Under the pieces are notes generated by a model, which saw nothing but the letters and a program-made list of their open reading frames with translations, had not been told where the DNA came from and did not search any database. The position numbers and the translations under genes were made by a program. From the human T2T-CHM13v2.0 reference genome, Homo sapiens, in assembly GCF_009914755.1 (NCBI RefSeq), contig NC_060925.1: 64,000 nt of DNA; one strand, 5' to 3'. Of this stretch, positions 13,748 to 28,963 are shown in pieces; the first letter of the stretch is position 1; each line of letters starts with the position of its first letter.

Positions 13748-14589
13748 TGATAGGGACAGGAGGCAGGGAAATTCTGGGCAGAAGAGAGCGGGTCCCGGGC
13801 AAGGGCCCCACCCTCAAGCCTGGAACCTCAGCCCAAAGTGAGAACATACATCCCTGTTTTTCTGCCTGAATGTTGCCTTTTCCAAAACCACCCATGGCCC
13901 AACCCACCCCGCTCCCCATCCTGTGGCCATAAAAACCCCAGGCAGAGGGAGTAGAGAAGAGCAACTGGACATTGGAGACTATGCTGAACGTTGGAGAGAA
14001 GCAGCTTGACTTCAGAGGAACAGCTTGATGGTGCAGCTTCAGAGGGGAGTCCAGCCAAGGACAGCTGGACTCTGGGGGAAGATTATCTTCCTGCTGTGTC
14101 CCCTTTTCAACTCCCCATCCCGCTGAGAGCCACTTTCATTGGCAATAAAATCCCCCACATTTACCATCTTCAACTCATTCATGCAACTTTGTTTTTCAAG
14201 GATGCTGGACAAGAGCTCAGAGCCACAAGTGTGGGTGCAAAAGGCTGTCACATTGACCCTCCACTGAGCTGTTAATACTTAAGCCGTCTGCAGATGGCAA
14301 AGCTAAAAGAGCACCGACTGTAACACTCCCTCTGGGGCTTAAGGGGTCGTGGACACCCCTCTAGACGCTGCCTTGGGGCTGGTATAGAGTTCGTTTCTAC
14401 CAGCGCCCAAAAGCACTCACCTCGGCTCCTGTACCTGTTCACCTGCGTGGTCCTTCCTGTGGGGGGGTTGAGCACAGTGGGTTCAAGTGAGTGGACTTCA
14501 CCTCCGCCAGCACCAGAGCACCTGGTTAGTTCCCACGCCCACACTCCAGTTTCCACCTGCAAAGGGATGAGGGGTAGTTTCCTGCTTCA
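13748..14589 (+). mobile_element. ERV1 solo LTR, LTR1/LTR27 (HUERS-P2) group
   Basis: Starts TGATAGGGACAGGAGGCAGGGAAATTCTGGGC and ends GCTTCA; perfect TSD CTAG at 13744-47 and 14590-93; TATA-like CATAAAAA at 13928; AATAAA at 14144. Confidence 0.9.
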
Positions 14590-14735
14590 CTAGCATAAAA
14601 CAGAGTGCCACTCTGAGCCTCCAAAACCTGTTCGGGCATCTGTTTTTTTAAAAATTGTTTGTTTTTACAACTTTCTTAATAAATACATAGATAATTCATA
14701 AAAGTAGACAACCATAAGTCACGTGTGTGTAGTGA

Positions 14736-15096
<361 letters not shown>

Positions 15097-17689
15097 TTAG
15101 TTCCTTATATTTTGAAAAAAAGATTATGTCATTTGCTATGGCTAAAAATTGCTGTTCTTTTGTTAACTGGCCAACATTCAACTTTCGTTACACTATACTT
15201 TGATTTCTATTCACCTGTCTATACCTTGCACTAGACTGAATTTCACGAGGGCAGGAATTATCTCTTGTTTAGTATCTTGTGCCCAGCTTGGCATATACAA
15301 GTAGGTGCTAAGATTATGATTGAATGATTGAATAAATACTATGTTAATGTAACAGAGGTAGGGTCTCGGCTTGTCATCAGGTCTTAGCTAAGCCTAATCA
15401 TTTTTCATATGAGATAATTCTTACTCTCCTAAGTTACACTGGTAGTCACTGAATTTCTGTTCTGCCATCAGAAATGCAAATTAATTATGCAGATTGCATC
15501 TCTTTACATTCTGGACAATTAACTTGCAAACTGGTATAAATTCTAGTCTTCTTATCTCATTGTAAAAGGATAGAAGGCTTTGTCTTGTTTTGCAATACGA
15601 GATGAAAACATCGAGCTGTTTCTCTTCCACCCTGGGCTATAGCTTTGGGCTGGGTCCAATGCCACATAGCTAGATCTCAAGCCTGGGGCTTCCGTGCCAG
15701 AAGCAAGACTGAGAGGTACTGTGGGAGTCAGTTGGAAGCTCAGCTGGGGAGGCTCAAACTTCCACATACAGGCTCCTGAGACTCCTGCACATGTGCTCAA
15801 TTATTTGCAGTTAGGTCCTGGCTCTCCAAACTGGCACATGAACAAACAGGGCTCCTGTTCTTTAGGGCACAGGAAAACTTTATAGAGTTGAAAGCAAAGC
15901 ATGTAAATGATGGGGCCCCAGATTTGAGAAATTACAGGCTTGGACATCTACAGGAGCCATTTTGAAGATAAATAGAAGAGAGGAGGAGCTTGTTTGTGTC
16001 TTCATCTCTGTGGACTAAGTAGGGACAGCCAGATTGCCCCAGGTGGGGAGAAGGTGTGTCCACGCTTGTGATGTAATGTGACTTTCTTCAATGCCGTGTG
16101 ACTTAGTCCATAGAATCTAAGTAGGAAAGCAGATGAAGTAGGGGGAAAAAATGAGGAAAGCTTGCAGTTGAGTTATACATTGCCTTGGAGAGATTGCATA
16201 TCACTTGAGCACAATTTACTCTCAGTTAAATCAGACCATCTTTTCCATCCACTTCTTCTGGGCAGCTTCTGAATGTGCCCTAGCATTGCAGATTCATTAG
16301 CATGGGGGTTCAGGCTTGCTTTTAGCCTTAGCAGAGAAAGAAGATGTTCTTCTCTAAGTAATTTCTTTAAATTTAGAAGACTTTCTGACCCAGAATCTTA
16401 TTTCCCAAAGGAAAAGAAAGAAGAGAAGCACAAGCTCAAAGGGTTTGGAAAGCATATTGTGTTGGAAGATAGATATTCATTCCCCTTGACTAAAGAACAA
16501 TCATCTTGGCGGGGATGGGGGTGGGCCTGGGGAAGGGGGAGTCAGGAAAGGAAGGGAGTAGATACTCCAGCCAGCCCCATTCCCCTTGAGATAAACTGAG
16601 GGGCTGATGTCAACGTTGGCGAATGACTGTAGCATCTTGCTTTCATCCAGACAATCTGCAAAGCGACCGTGTGCAATTCATTTCATGCCCTCTTCACAGC
16701 TGAGAGGTCAGCCAGGCGGCATCATTACCCCACATTGAGTTGCTCCTCCTCTCTGCCTCCAGAGCACACAGCCCATGTTGCCACCAGAGCACTGATCAGA
16801 TTGTGTCCTGGCTACTCTTTCTAAAGTGTTCGTGTGGGGTTTGGGCATTGCCCCTATATCAGAGGACTCAGGAAGACCTGAACTTTCATCTGCCAAGCAC
16901 ACTCCCTCCCGCCTGATTCCCTGAGGGAGATGTACAAATGAAATGAGTGATAATGGGTGAGAAACCAAACGCTCACTTTATTTTCAGCCAAGTTCCTTAT
17001 GGACTGCAGCACTGGGATGAGCCTGTGGGCCTAAATGGGGCCTCTGTGGATCCCCAAACGTAAATGTAGTGTTGAACCCCAAATGAAAAGCCTGTTCATT
17101 TGTGAAAAAGAGAAAAGAGAGCCAGAGGCTCCATTCTAGAGGGACAGGCTCTGCCTTTCTCTCAAGCCAGCCCAAGGGAGAGAGCAGAATTGGGTGTGTC
17201 CACAGCTGAAGTACGGAAACAGGAGGAATCAGACAGCCATGCCCAAATGAAACCTTGTAAAACCTGCAGCCCCACCCCATGGCAGATGGGACCCAGTCTG
17301 TGTCCTGGAAGCTGGCTCTCGGGGGGTGGATAGGTGGGGGGGTTAGTATAGGTGAGAGGTAGAGGGTTGCTTCTCCTCTATAGTTGTGTATTATCCTGTC
17401 TCCCTTAGTGTACTAGCCTGTGAGCTTTCTCAGGGCAGGCAGTGGGTCTTAAGCATCACTGTAGCTGCATTCCACCTTCTAACACACCATGCAGCACAGA
17501 GCAGGCTCAGGAGAGATTACTCAGTATTAAAAGAAGATGGGCTCAGAAGTGTCAGGTGACTTGCTCAGATTCTGCAGCTAGCAAGTGTTTGATAAGTGGG
17601 ACTCGGGTTTTTAAATTGTGTGATTTCCTTACATTTTGTTTCTCTGCCACATGACATCTCTCTAGAACAGGCAGAAATGCATCCGAAGG

Positions 17690-17830
17690 GAGCCCAGCTG
17701 GGGTTCATGACCCCTGCAAACATCCTTACGTTGAATGCAAACTTTTGTGTGTTGATTTCTGAAGAGAGGCTCAGTGGTTTTCAACACGTTCTCAAAGAAG
17801 TTTGCGACCTAAGGAAAAGTTAAGAACCAA
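17690..17830. mobile_element. hAT-Charlie-type MER fragment
   Basis: Ends TTCTCAAAG..GACC..AAAAGTTAAGAACCA; a similar fragment lies at about 48535-48670. Confidence 0.45.
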
Positions 17831-18220
17831 TCTTTCAGGAGATTGCATTGGAAGCTACTCTAAATAATATGCATAGTGCCTGAGTGCTGTAGGCACTAAA
17901 TGAGGATCAGCCTCCTTCCCGCTTTTCTAAAAGTGAGGCAGCAGGAAATGGATGGAATCCCAGTGATCACCCTCTGTCACATCTTCACCTTTGGAAGGTG
18001 TCTAGCTTGGAGTTTCAAATTAGAAAGAGAATCGACTCACATGGGAGCATATTTTCTCTAACTTGAAAAAAAATAAAGAACATCACTTTCAGCCCCAATT
18101 TATCTGTCAAGTGAAAAATGGATGAAAATGTCATGAAGATGATTGAGAGACAGATACACCCAGACACCAACCAGGATAACCATGTTACCTCAGAGGATTG
18201 AAACTTCAAAATGGTCAGAC

Positions 18221-18516
18221 TTTTTTTGTTTTCTGAGATGGAGTCTCGCTCTGTCGCCCAAGCTGGAGTTCAGTGGCGTGATCTCGGCTCACTGTAAGCT
18301 CCACCTCCGGGGTTCACGCCATTCTCCTGCCTCAGAACTCCCGAGTAGCTGGGACTACAGGCGCCTACCACCACGCCCAGCTAATTTTTTGTATTTTTAG
18401 TAAAAACAGGGTTTCACCATGTTAGCCAGGATGGTTTCGATCTCCTGACCTCATGATCCGCCCTCCTCGGCCTCCCAAAGTGCTGGGATTACAGGCGTGA
18501 GCCACCGCGCCCGGCC
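18221..18516 (-). mobile_element. AluY
   Basis: AAGCTCC, TTCACGCCATTC and GTTAGCCAGGATGG Y diagnostics; TSD CAAA(A/C)TGGTCAGA. Confidence 0.95.
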
Positions 18517-18593
18517 CCAAACTGGTCAGATTTTAAGGTTCCATTACATCACCAAACCTGAGCTGGAAAAACAACAACATAAAAGAGCTAGCC

Positions 18594-19500
<907 letters not shown>

Positions 19501-20074
19501 ATAAGTGAGCCTGTGGGTGGTAGTTAATCCCTGAATCCTAACTCAGGCATTCTTTTCTATCCTGAACCGAGTTTTAAAAAGTCATGTGGAATAGAAAGGA
19601 AAAAAAAAAAGTATTTCTGCACTTCATCTCAATAACCGTTTCGTTTCTGATCTGGAGTTGAATAACAAATGTTTACAATAGAAAGTTAACACTGCCTCCA
19701 TAAAGGACTCAGATTTGAGATCTGTGGAAAGAATATATTTGTTTGAGAAGAATTTACTAACACAATGCCTCCAATTAGTCAGGAATAGACCCTATGAGAA
19801 AGCACACTGGTGACGACACACCTTAAGTTAGTTGTGGTCGAGTGAAAAACGAAAATGTTCAAGCTATAGTTGTCACAGTAAGATGTATGTCCACAGAACC
19901 CACAGTCGGAGTTTCTGAGGCATGTTTAGCATGCAAAATTGCATGAGGTTTAAAGCTAACTTACTCTGTAAGACAAGTACTTTAATACTTGTTGCTCACT
20001 TTCAGACCATCGGCGAACCCCTTTAAAAGGCCAAGGTGTGGCGTTTGTGTGGATAACAAGTAATATTGGAAGTG

Positions 20075-20160
20075 ATACTGAAAATTGGAATGACACAGAG
20101 GAAATTAGCATGGGCCCTGTGCAAGGATAACACACAAACTTGCAAAGCGTTTAATATTTT
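20075..20160 (+). pseudogene. U6 snRNA retropseudogene (about nt 22-106)
   Basis: Hand alignment to U6 gives 14 substitutions and 1 insertion over about 85 nt, through to the terminal ATATTTT; the ACAGAGA box is mutated to ACAGAGG. Confidence 0.93.
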
Positions 20161-20305
20161 GGGGCAAGATAAAAAATGTTCTGCGGATGGGTGGTGGTGA
20201 TGGTTGCACATCAATGAGAATCAACTTAATCCCACTTAACAGTACACATAAAAATGGTTAAGATAGTAAATTTTATGTTTTATATATTTTACCATAATAA
20301 AAAAA
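20161..20305 (+). mobile_element. L1MB-type 3' terminus fused to the U6 copy
   Basis: GATGGGTGGTGGTGATGGTTGCACA..AAAATGGTTAAGATAGTAAATTTTATG..TATTTTACCATAATAAAAAAA matches the L1MB 3' end with its poly(A). Confidence 0.85.
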
Positions 20306-20390
20306 TGTAAAATATCTCATTCATTTTTATGTTGTTCACATTGAACTGAAAATATTTTGGATATGTTCATTAAATAAAATATATTATTGG
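20306..20390. mobile_element. MER3/MER33-like hAT-Charlie fragment
   Basis: TGTAAAATATCTCATT..AATATTTTGGATATGTT..TAAATAAAATATATTATT. Confidence 0.6.
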
Positions 20391-20664
20391 CATTTTTAAA
20401 AGCCAGCATGTTGCCTAAACACAACTGGGGCAGACGTCTACTGTTGCTGTCACAGGCAGTACTTTACAATATTTATTTATATCTATTTAAAGGGCAGATG
20501 ATAACTAGCCAATAATAATACATTTTATTTTGAACACCAAATGCATGGTGAGCACAGGACTAATAATTGCAGATGTAGTAACACATTTATGTCTTGCAAA
20601 AACATCGACAGGGTTATTATCTCCATTTTACAGATGACGAAACACAGTCCTTATGAAGTTGACT

Positions 20665-21066
<402 letters not shown>

Positions 21067-21412
21067 CTACCCATAGAAACAGGAGGAAATGGCAGCCATG
21101 AACTCAGGGCCTTGGGCAGGGGCTAGTATGGTGGCTGGATCAGCCAGGGCATGACAAAGCTGAAGTCCCAGAAGATGTGCATCTGCCTGAGCCAGGCTTT
21201 GTTACAAAGGCGGGCATCCCAGCTATATTGTCAGGAATGGAGGACAGATACAAAGAGCAGGGAAAAGCTTAAGCCCAAGACAAAGATTTAGGGAACATGT
21301 TGTTTGTTTGTTTACTTTTTTTCTAGAGGAATCCTACCCTCTGGGGCTGCAGTATCAGTGAGCACAGAGCAGTGCCCTTTCCTGTGAGTTCCAGGTGGTG
21401 CTCATCCCTGGG

Positions 21413-21459
21413 CTGTGGGATTTCCTCTTCACGCCTGTGGGATTTCCTCTTCACGCCTG
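21413..21459. repeat. Perfect 22-bp tandem duplication
   Basis: CTGTGGGATTTCCTCTTCACGC twice, then CTG. Confidence 0.95.
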
Positions 21460-21699
21460 CAGGCTTGGTGGAGAAGCCACCTGCTGAGGGCAAGTGTCCC
21501 GGGTGGTGCAGCCCACCATCAGTCAACAAGTGAGTCTATTCAATGCAGAGGAGCCAGTGGACTTGGTGACACTCACAGGCTACCCCTTCAACCACTGGCT
21601 GATAGATGTGGTGAGAGCAATAATAGCTTTGATGGACAACCCGCACAGGACTGGGAAGGGCTGGGATTGAGAGAACTCACACCTGCCTGCACTCCCACA

Positions 21700-22035
21700 C
21701 CTGCTCCCTCTCCACATCTGCCTGCGTTCCTCCTGAAATGTAGTTCCCCAGGTAACCACATACTCACTCCCTCACCTCACTCAGGTCTTTTTCTTTTCAA
21801 ACATGCCTTCCCTAACCACTGATTTTAAATTTGATCCTCTATCTTCAACCTGCATCCCTGTTTCTATAATTCCTGCTCTTTTTTTCCTTAACATACATTT
21901 CATTCACATATTTGTTTGTTGCCCCTCTCCTCCTGCTAGAATGTCAGCTCCATGAGGGCAGGGCTTTTTGTCTGTTATGTTTACTACTGTAACCCCAGTG
22001 CCTAGAACAGGGCCTGTTGAATGAATGAATGATGA
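21700..22035 (+). mobile_element. L2a 3' region
   Basis: CTAGAATGTCAGCTCCATGAGGGCAGGG...CCCAGTGCCTAGAACAG...TGAATGAATGAATGA. Confidence 0.8.
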
Positions 22036-22096
22036 TATGCATTGTCTAGCACAGAGCTGAGCCTTAAACAACCTACGTACTTAAATACTTCCATCC

Positions 22097-23495
<1,399 letters not shown>

Positions 23496-23711
23496 TCTTG
23501 TGGAGCTAAATGGAACTGCAGTGGTATTCCCATGTAACTGATGGAGGAATAGACACTTAGGGATTTCAGTCATTTGCCCAAAGGTATGCAGCCAGTAAAT
23601 GGCAGAAGAAACTAGGGTTCATAGCTGGGAGCCAGTGCTACCTGGCAGAACGTCTTCTCTTGGTAAGGCTAACTTGTCAGGACCATCTGACTTTAAAGAC
23701 CTGAGGTTTTC

Positions 23712-24011
23712 GCCAGGCGTGGTGGCTCATGCCTGTAACCTCAGCACTTTGGGAGGCCAAGGCAGGCGAATCACCTGAGGTCAGGAGTTTGAGACCAGCC
23801 TGACCAACATGGAGAAACTCCATCTCTACTAAAAATACAAAATTAGCTGGGCATGGTGACGCATGGCTGTAATCCTAGCTACTCAGGAGGCTGAGGCAGT
23901 AGAATCGCTTGAACCTGGGAGGCAGAGGTTGTGATGAGCCGAGGTCATACCATTGCACTCTAGCCTGGGCGACAGGAGCAAAACTCTGTCGCGCAAAAAA
24001 AAAAAAAAAAA
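23712..24011 (+). mobile_element. AluSp
   Basis: CTGACCAACATGGAGAAAC and CAGGAGCAAAAC; TSD AGA(C/T)CTGAGGTT. Confidence 0.92.
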
Positions 24012-24810
24012 TAGATCTGAGGTTCAGATAGGTGCCCAATTACCTACCAGGCTGGAGCTTCAGAGAGCTAGTGATCAGTCAGGGAAACCTGACCTTGAGA
24101 GAGTGGGGGTACCAAGGTAAAGGCAGGACTAGCCAGAGGTCTCACTGAGTAATTCATAGTGAAGCCCACCATAGGGGCACCAGGTTGGATGAAAGGTAGA
24201 AATCAAGTAAATTTGGCCACCAGAGTGAGAAGGATTCCATGGTAGCACTTCCCACTGCTGAAAGCCTGGCGAACACTTCCTGTTGCCTTATCTGGCTTTA
24301 TGGTAGTCGTTTTCCTCTCCCTATATAGAAGACATCCCAGTCTTATCCTTCTGGGCCATTCATGCTTGGCTAAGTTTCCAGCCCTGTGTCCCCTAGTGAC
24401 ACCTGTGTCTTGGCATGACACAAAGAGCCAATATGTATTAAAACAGCTCTGTTAGTAACCTGTATGGTGTTTAAGGAGCCAAGTGAAATCAGAACTAATA
24501 GTATTATCTGTCTGCTTAGTGCATAAATGTAATGGCATAATCTCATACAAGGAGCAAACAGAGACAGACAGAAAAACATCAGTTTAAAGGAGTCTTGTTT
24601 GACCTGTATGTAGTGTGCAACAGCTTCCTGGGTGTTCATGTTGCTGGGTTCAAGTCTCCAAAATAGTCAGCAGGCAGAAAGTCTCCTCTGTTTGATAACA
24701 GTCCCAGATCTGTCAGTTCGGTTGCCAACCCTAATTTGTAAATTCTCTTCTGTAAAGATTGCACAGTTGTGCTCATTTTCTGTTGACTGTGGGCCGGCTA
24801 ATGGCTGCTA

Positions 24811-24837
24811 ATGAGTCAGCTGCTAAGTGACTCAGCA
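24811..24837 (+). promoter_or_regulatory. Tandem AP-1/MARE-ARE motifs (candidate enhancer core)
   Basis: ATGAGTCAGC at 24811-20 and GTGACTCAGCA at 24827-37 in unique sequence. Motif match only. Confidence 0.5.
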
Positions 24838-25532
24838 CTGCATCAATAAAACAGATCCCTTCGTCCCTGAATCTGCTGGATGAAAATGATGTCTTCCTTT
24901 GTCAATGTGTCCCTTTTGGCCCCTGCTGAGAACTCATGACCTGATGTATTGTGTAAAGCGTCCCATCCTTAAAGAGCCCACTCTATCAACTCAATGAAAA
25001 CCAAGAGGAATATTCCAAGTTTTTGGTGTTTTTCTATTCTGGTTTTTGTTTTCCTCACTGCAGAATGTTCACACTTGCATTCTTTCTAGTAAACTAGAAA
25101 GTCTCATCTTTCTTCTCGTGTAAGGTATGCTATTGTTGATGGCACTCTATGGGCTCTGGGTGACTGAAGGTGTGTTAGAATAGATGGGTAAGAGGAAGAG
25201 ACAATGGCCAGCCTTTGGTGAATCAGGGTCTGGTTTATGCCCAGACGCACAGTTGGCACTAGCAGTAAGACAGAAAATCTGGAAAAACTGAACAATCAGC
25301 TAGCCTTGGGGTATCTTTCACAATGTAATGGGTACTCAGCAACATAAGTGTCCTAACTGGCCGCCTCTCAAAGAAAACTAATACTGCATACACAAATATA
25401 AATTGGCAACAGCTTAAACACAAGTGCTGTACGTATCACAAATAAGATGTTTCACATAATAAAAGGTATTCTCTAGAGAGGGCCCTTTTCAATAATGTCA
25501 AACATCATTTGAAGTGTTCACATATTTCTCAG

Positions 25533-25727
25533 GATCCATCGGGAACAGGAAATGGGAACAGAGGAAACAGGAGCAGAGGACTCAAAGGAGGCATCAAGTT
25601 CTACCTCCAGAATTAGAACAGAAAAGAGAAAGGAAAGCTGCAAACCCAGTCAATCCTGGCTGTGCATGCATCAGAACCACACCAGCCTTCCACGTCTGAG
25701 ATCCCGAGACAAGCTGCCTCTGAACCA
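25533..25727 (+). other. Candidate exon (probably non-coding)
   Basis: Acceptor TATTTCTCAG|G, donor CCA|GTAAGA, 195 nt, purine-rich. Splice signals only. Confidence 0.3.
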
Positions 25728-26989
25728 GTAAGAGCCTCTTGCTCCTTCCTTCTGAGGAGCTACCCGGTGCCTGAGTACTGACTACATACTCTCCAGAGGC
25801 AAGTGTGTCTTCAGACTTTCCACCTTCATAGGCACAGTCCAGACCTAGTCGTCTTATTACTTCTTTGTTATGGGGCACTTTGAAATATAGAACCACGCCT
25901 TTATGTTCTAGGACACTGGTCTCTCCCCATTCCCTCTATGTTAGAACAGCACTATTGGTGCTGTGACATAGGTCACCCCCTCTCATGGACTTACACACTC
26001 CCTTTTCCATTCCTTTCATTCCATTCAAGAAATTTTGAAACAAGTGATTTCTAATTAAAATATTCACCTACTTTAATAATTTCATAATAGTAACAAATGA
26101 CTTGTTAAACATTCCAATGTGTTGCAATATGGATGTGGAGAACTGCTCTTCTGGAAAAAACAATGAAGCTCGGAGATGTTTGTGACTTGCAGAGCTGGTA
26201 AGGACACCCAGGCCTGCTGACCCCCATCCAAGTGGCTTGTTCCTGAGCCTCACAGATTGTACAGGATTCTCAGATTGTGCAAATGCGGAAGTGGTGGTGG
26301 ACAAGAGCCAGTAGCCTGTACATTTTGGTACATTTTCAGCCTCTGAAAAGTCATTTTTCTGTCTTGTACTTCAGTGTCCTTTCTCTCAACTCCAGGCTGC
26401 CTTACTTCCTCCTGAATACCCTTGACCCGTCTCTGCGCTTGAATCTTTGTTCACCTCCCTCTCTGGGATGAAAGGCTCTCTTCAATCTTCATTGGCTTCA
26501 AGACCTTGCAGGAGCACTACCTGCTCTCCGAAGCCTTTTCCCACTTCATGTCTTCTAGCGATCTCTCCCATCTCTCCTGCAGCTGTACCATCTCCATCAC
26601 TCATTCAGGGCTTTCAGAACGTCCCTGATGTTGTGAAATCGTCTTTAAAAATATTGTCGTGTCCTCTTGTTGGGATATACATTCCTTTTGAGGAGGTATT
26701 GTGCCTTGTACCATTAATTATTTTATTTTCTTTTATTAATTATTAATTTATTAATGCATTATTCCAATCTACCAAAGATTTGAGATATCGTATGAAAATG
26801 ATATAATCTGAGAAGATAAAATTAGCAGTCAAGGTAGTTCATGTGAAAGGGAAAACAAGAAAAGGAGACATGTTTTCACATCCCTAGCACCCCACAGAGT
26901 ATCTAATCCAGGAACTCACTACTTTTTTGTTGCTTTTAGAGAATCTGTGGAAGAAACACAAAATCAAAATATTGATCCATTCTATTTGT

Positions 26990-27190
26990 ATATCACTTTA
27001 TAATTTTAAACATCTTTACATCATTGGGGCTAAGCATTCTTAGGAATATATTTTTGATCTTTATTTTATAAATAAGAAAATTAAGACTCAGAGATGTGAA
27101 GTGACTTGGCCAAGTTCACTAGCTGGTTAATCTGGCAAGCTGCCACTGAAACCCAGTTTTCCTGTTTGAACATGTTGTGCCCTACCTGCT
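26990..27190 (-). mobile_element. MIR
   Basis: TTTTATAAATAAGAAAATTAAGACTCAGAGATGTGAAGTGACTTGGCCAAG. Confidence 0.75.
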
Positions 27191-27697
27191 GGAAGAACAA
27201 ACTTTGTATAACGTTTGTATTTGTATTAAAGACTAAGAGATGTGGAGAACAAGAACATTACTGAACCTGTACAGTGGGATGATACCAGCCATCCGGGGGA
27301 GAGGAAGTAATCAGTTATTGGGTGAGAAACTAAGATGGATACCTCATGTTTTTTCAAAATCAAGTACTCTATGTAAGAACTAATGAACCCTATAGAGATC
27401 ATTCATAGAGCAGAATAACAGAGAAACTGAGATATGCCAGAGTGAGGCTGAGGGGCTGAGGACTCTATGAAGAGTTACAACTTAGGGCCATTATAAATTC
27501 AGGCCATTTATTACCACAAGCTTGTAACCCCTTGTCACTACTGTTGTTTGCATTCAATCAATTTTATATTTAATTTTAGAATATAAAAAAGCAATGAAAA
27601 GGCTAACCAAAAAAAGGCTAAAAAAAAAAAAAAAGCAATGAAAAGACTACCAAAGATGCAATTCCTCACAATCCGCTCTGAATGAAAGTGAAGTAGA

Positions 27698-28122
<425 letters not shown>

Positions 28123-28654
28123 CTAGAAGAAAACATTACTGCCAATATTGGGGACAAAGATTTTCATAGTTTGATGGAAAACCTTTATCTTTCTTTGGGC
28201 ATTCTCTCCCTAGTCTTATTGGATGAAGGAATGTGTCTACTAACCATGTCTACAGGCAGACCAAGATCCCTTGGGAAGCTCTTTAACTCCCTGTACCCTG
28301 GGAACCAGTTGTGTAGCAGGGTAATCATGCACCTAGTACTCCAGACCAGCTTCAAACCCTGCCACCATGCTCAAGTCTTGTCTGTCCATGGAGAAGTGGG
28401 CCCTAATGCTACCCACAGGACCACAGTGATCATTCTGAAATATAGCTCTTCAAAAAGCCCAGAAGCTCATTGGGAAATAAAATAACATTTTTGAAATAGT
28501 CAATAAAGTTCTTTTTTGAAATTAGAGTATTATTGGAATTTATTTGAATCGAAATCAGAAGAGTATTAGAAGCTGAATGGAGTGGCATGGGCCATCAGTG
28601 AGGGGCATGCTCTAGGAATTTAGAGAACTAGGGGATGAGACCGATAAAAGTTAT

Positions 28655-28963
<309 letters not shown>

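Noticed and set aside
20075-20160. Functional U6 gene
   Set aside because: 5' stem-loop absent, ACAGAGA box mutated, about 17% diverged, and no recognisable upstream PSE/TATA.
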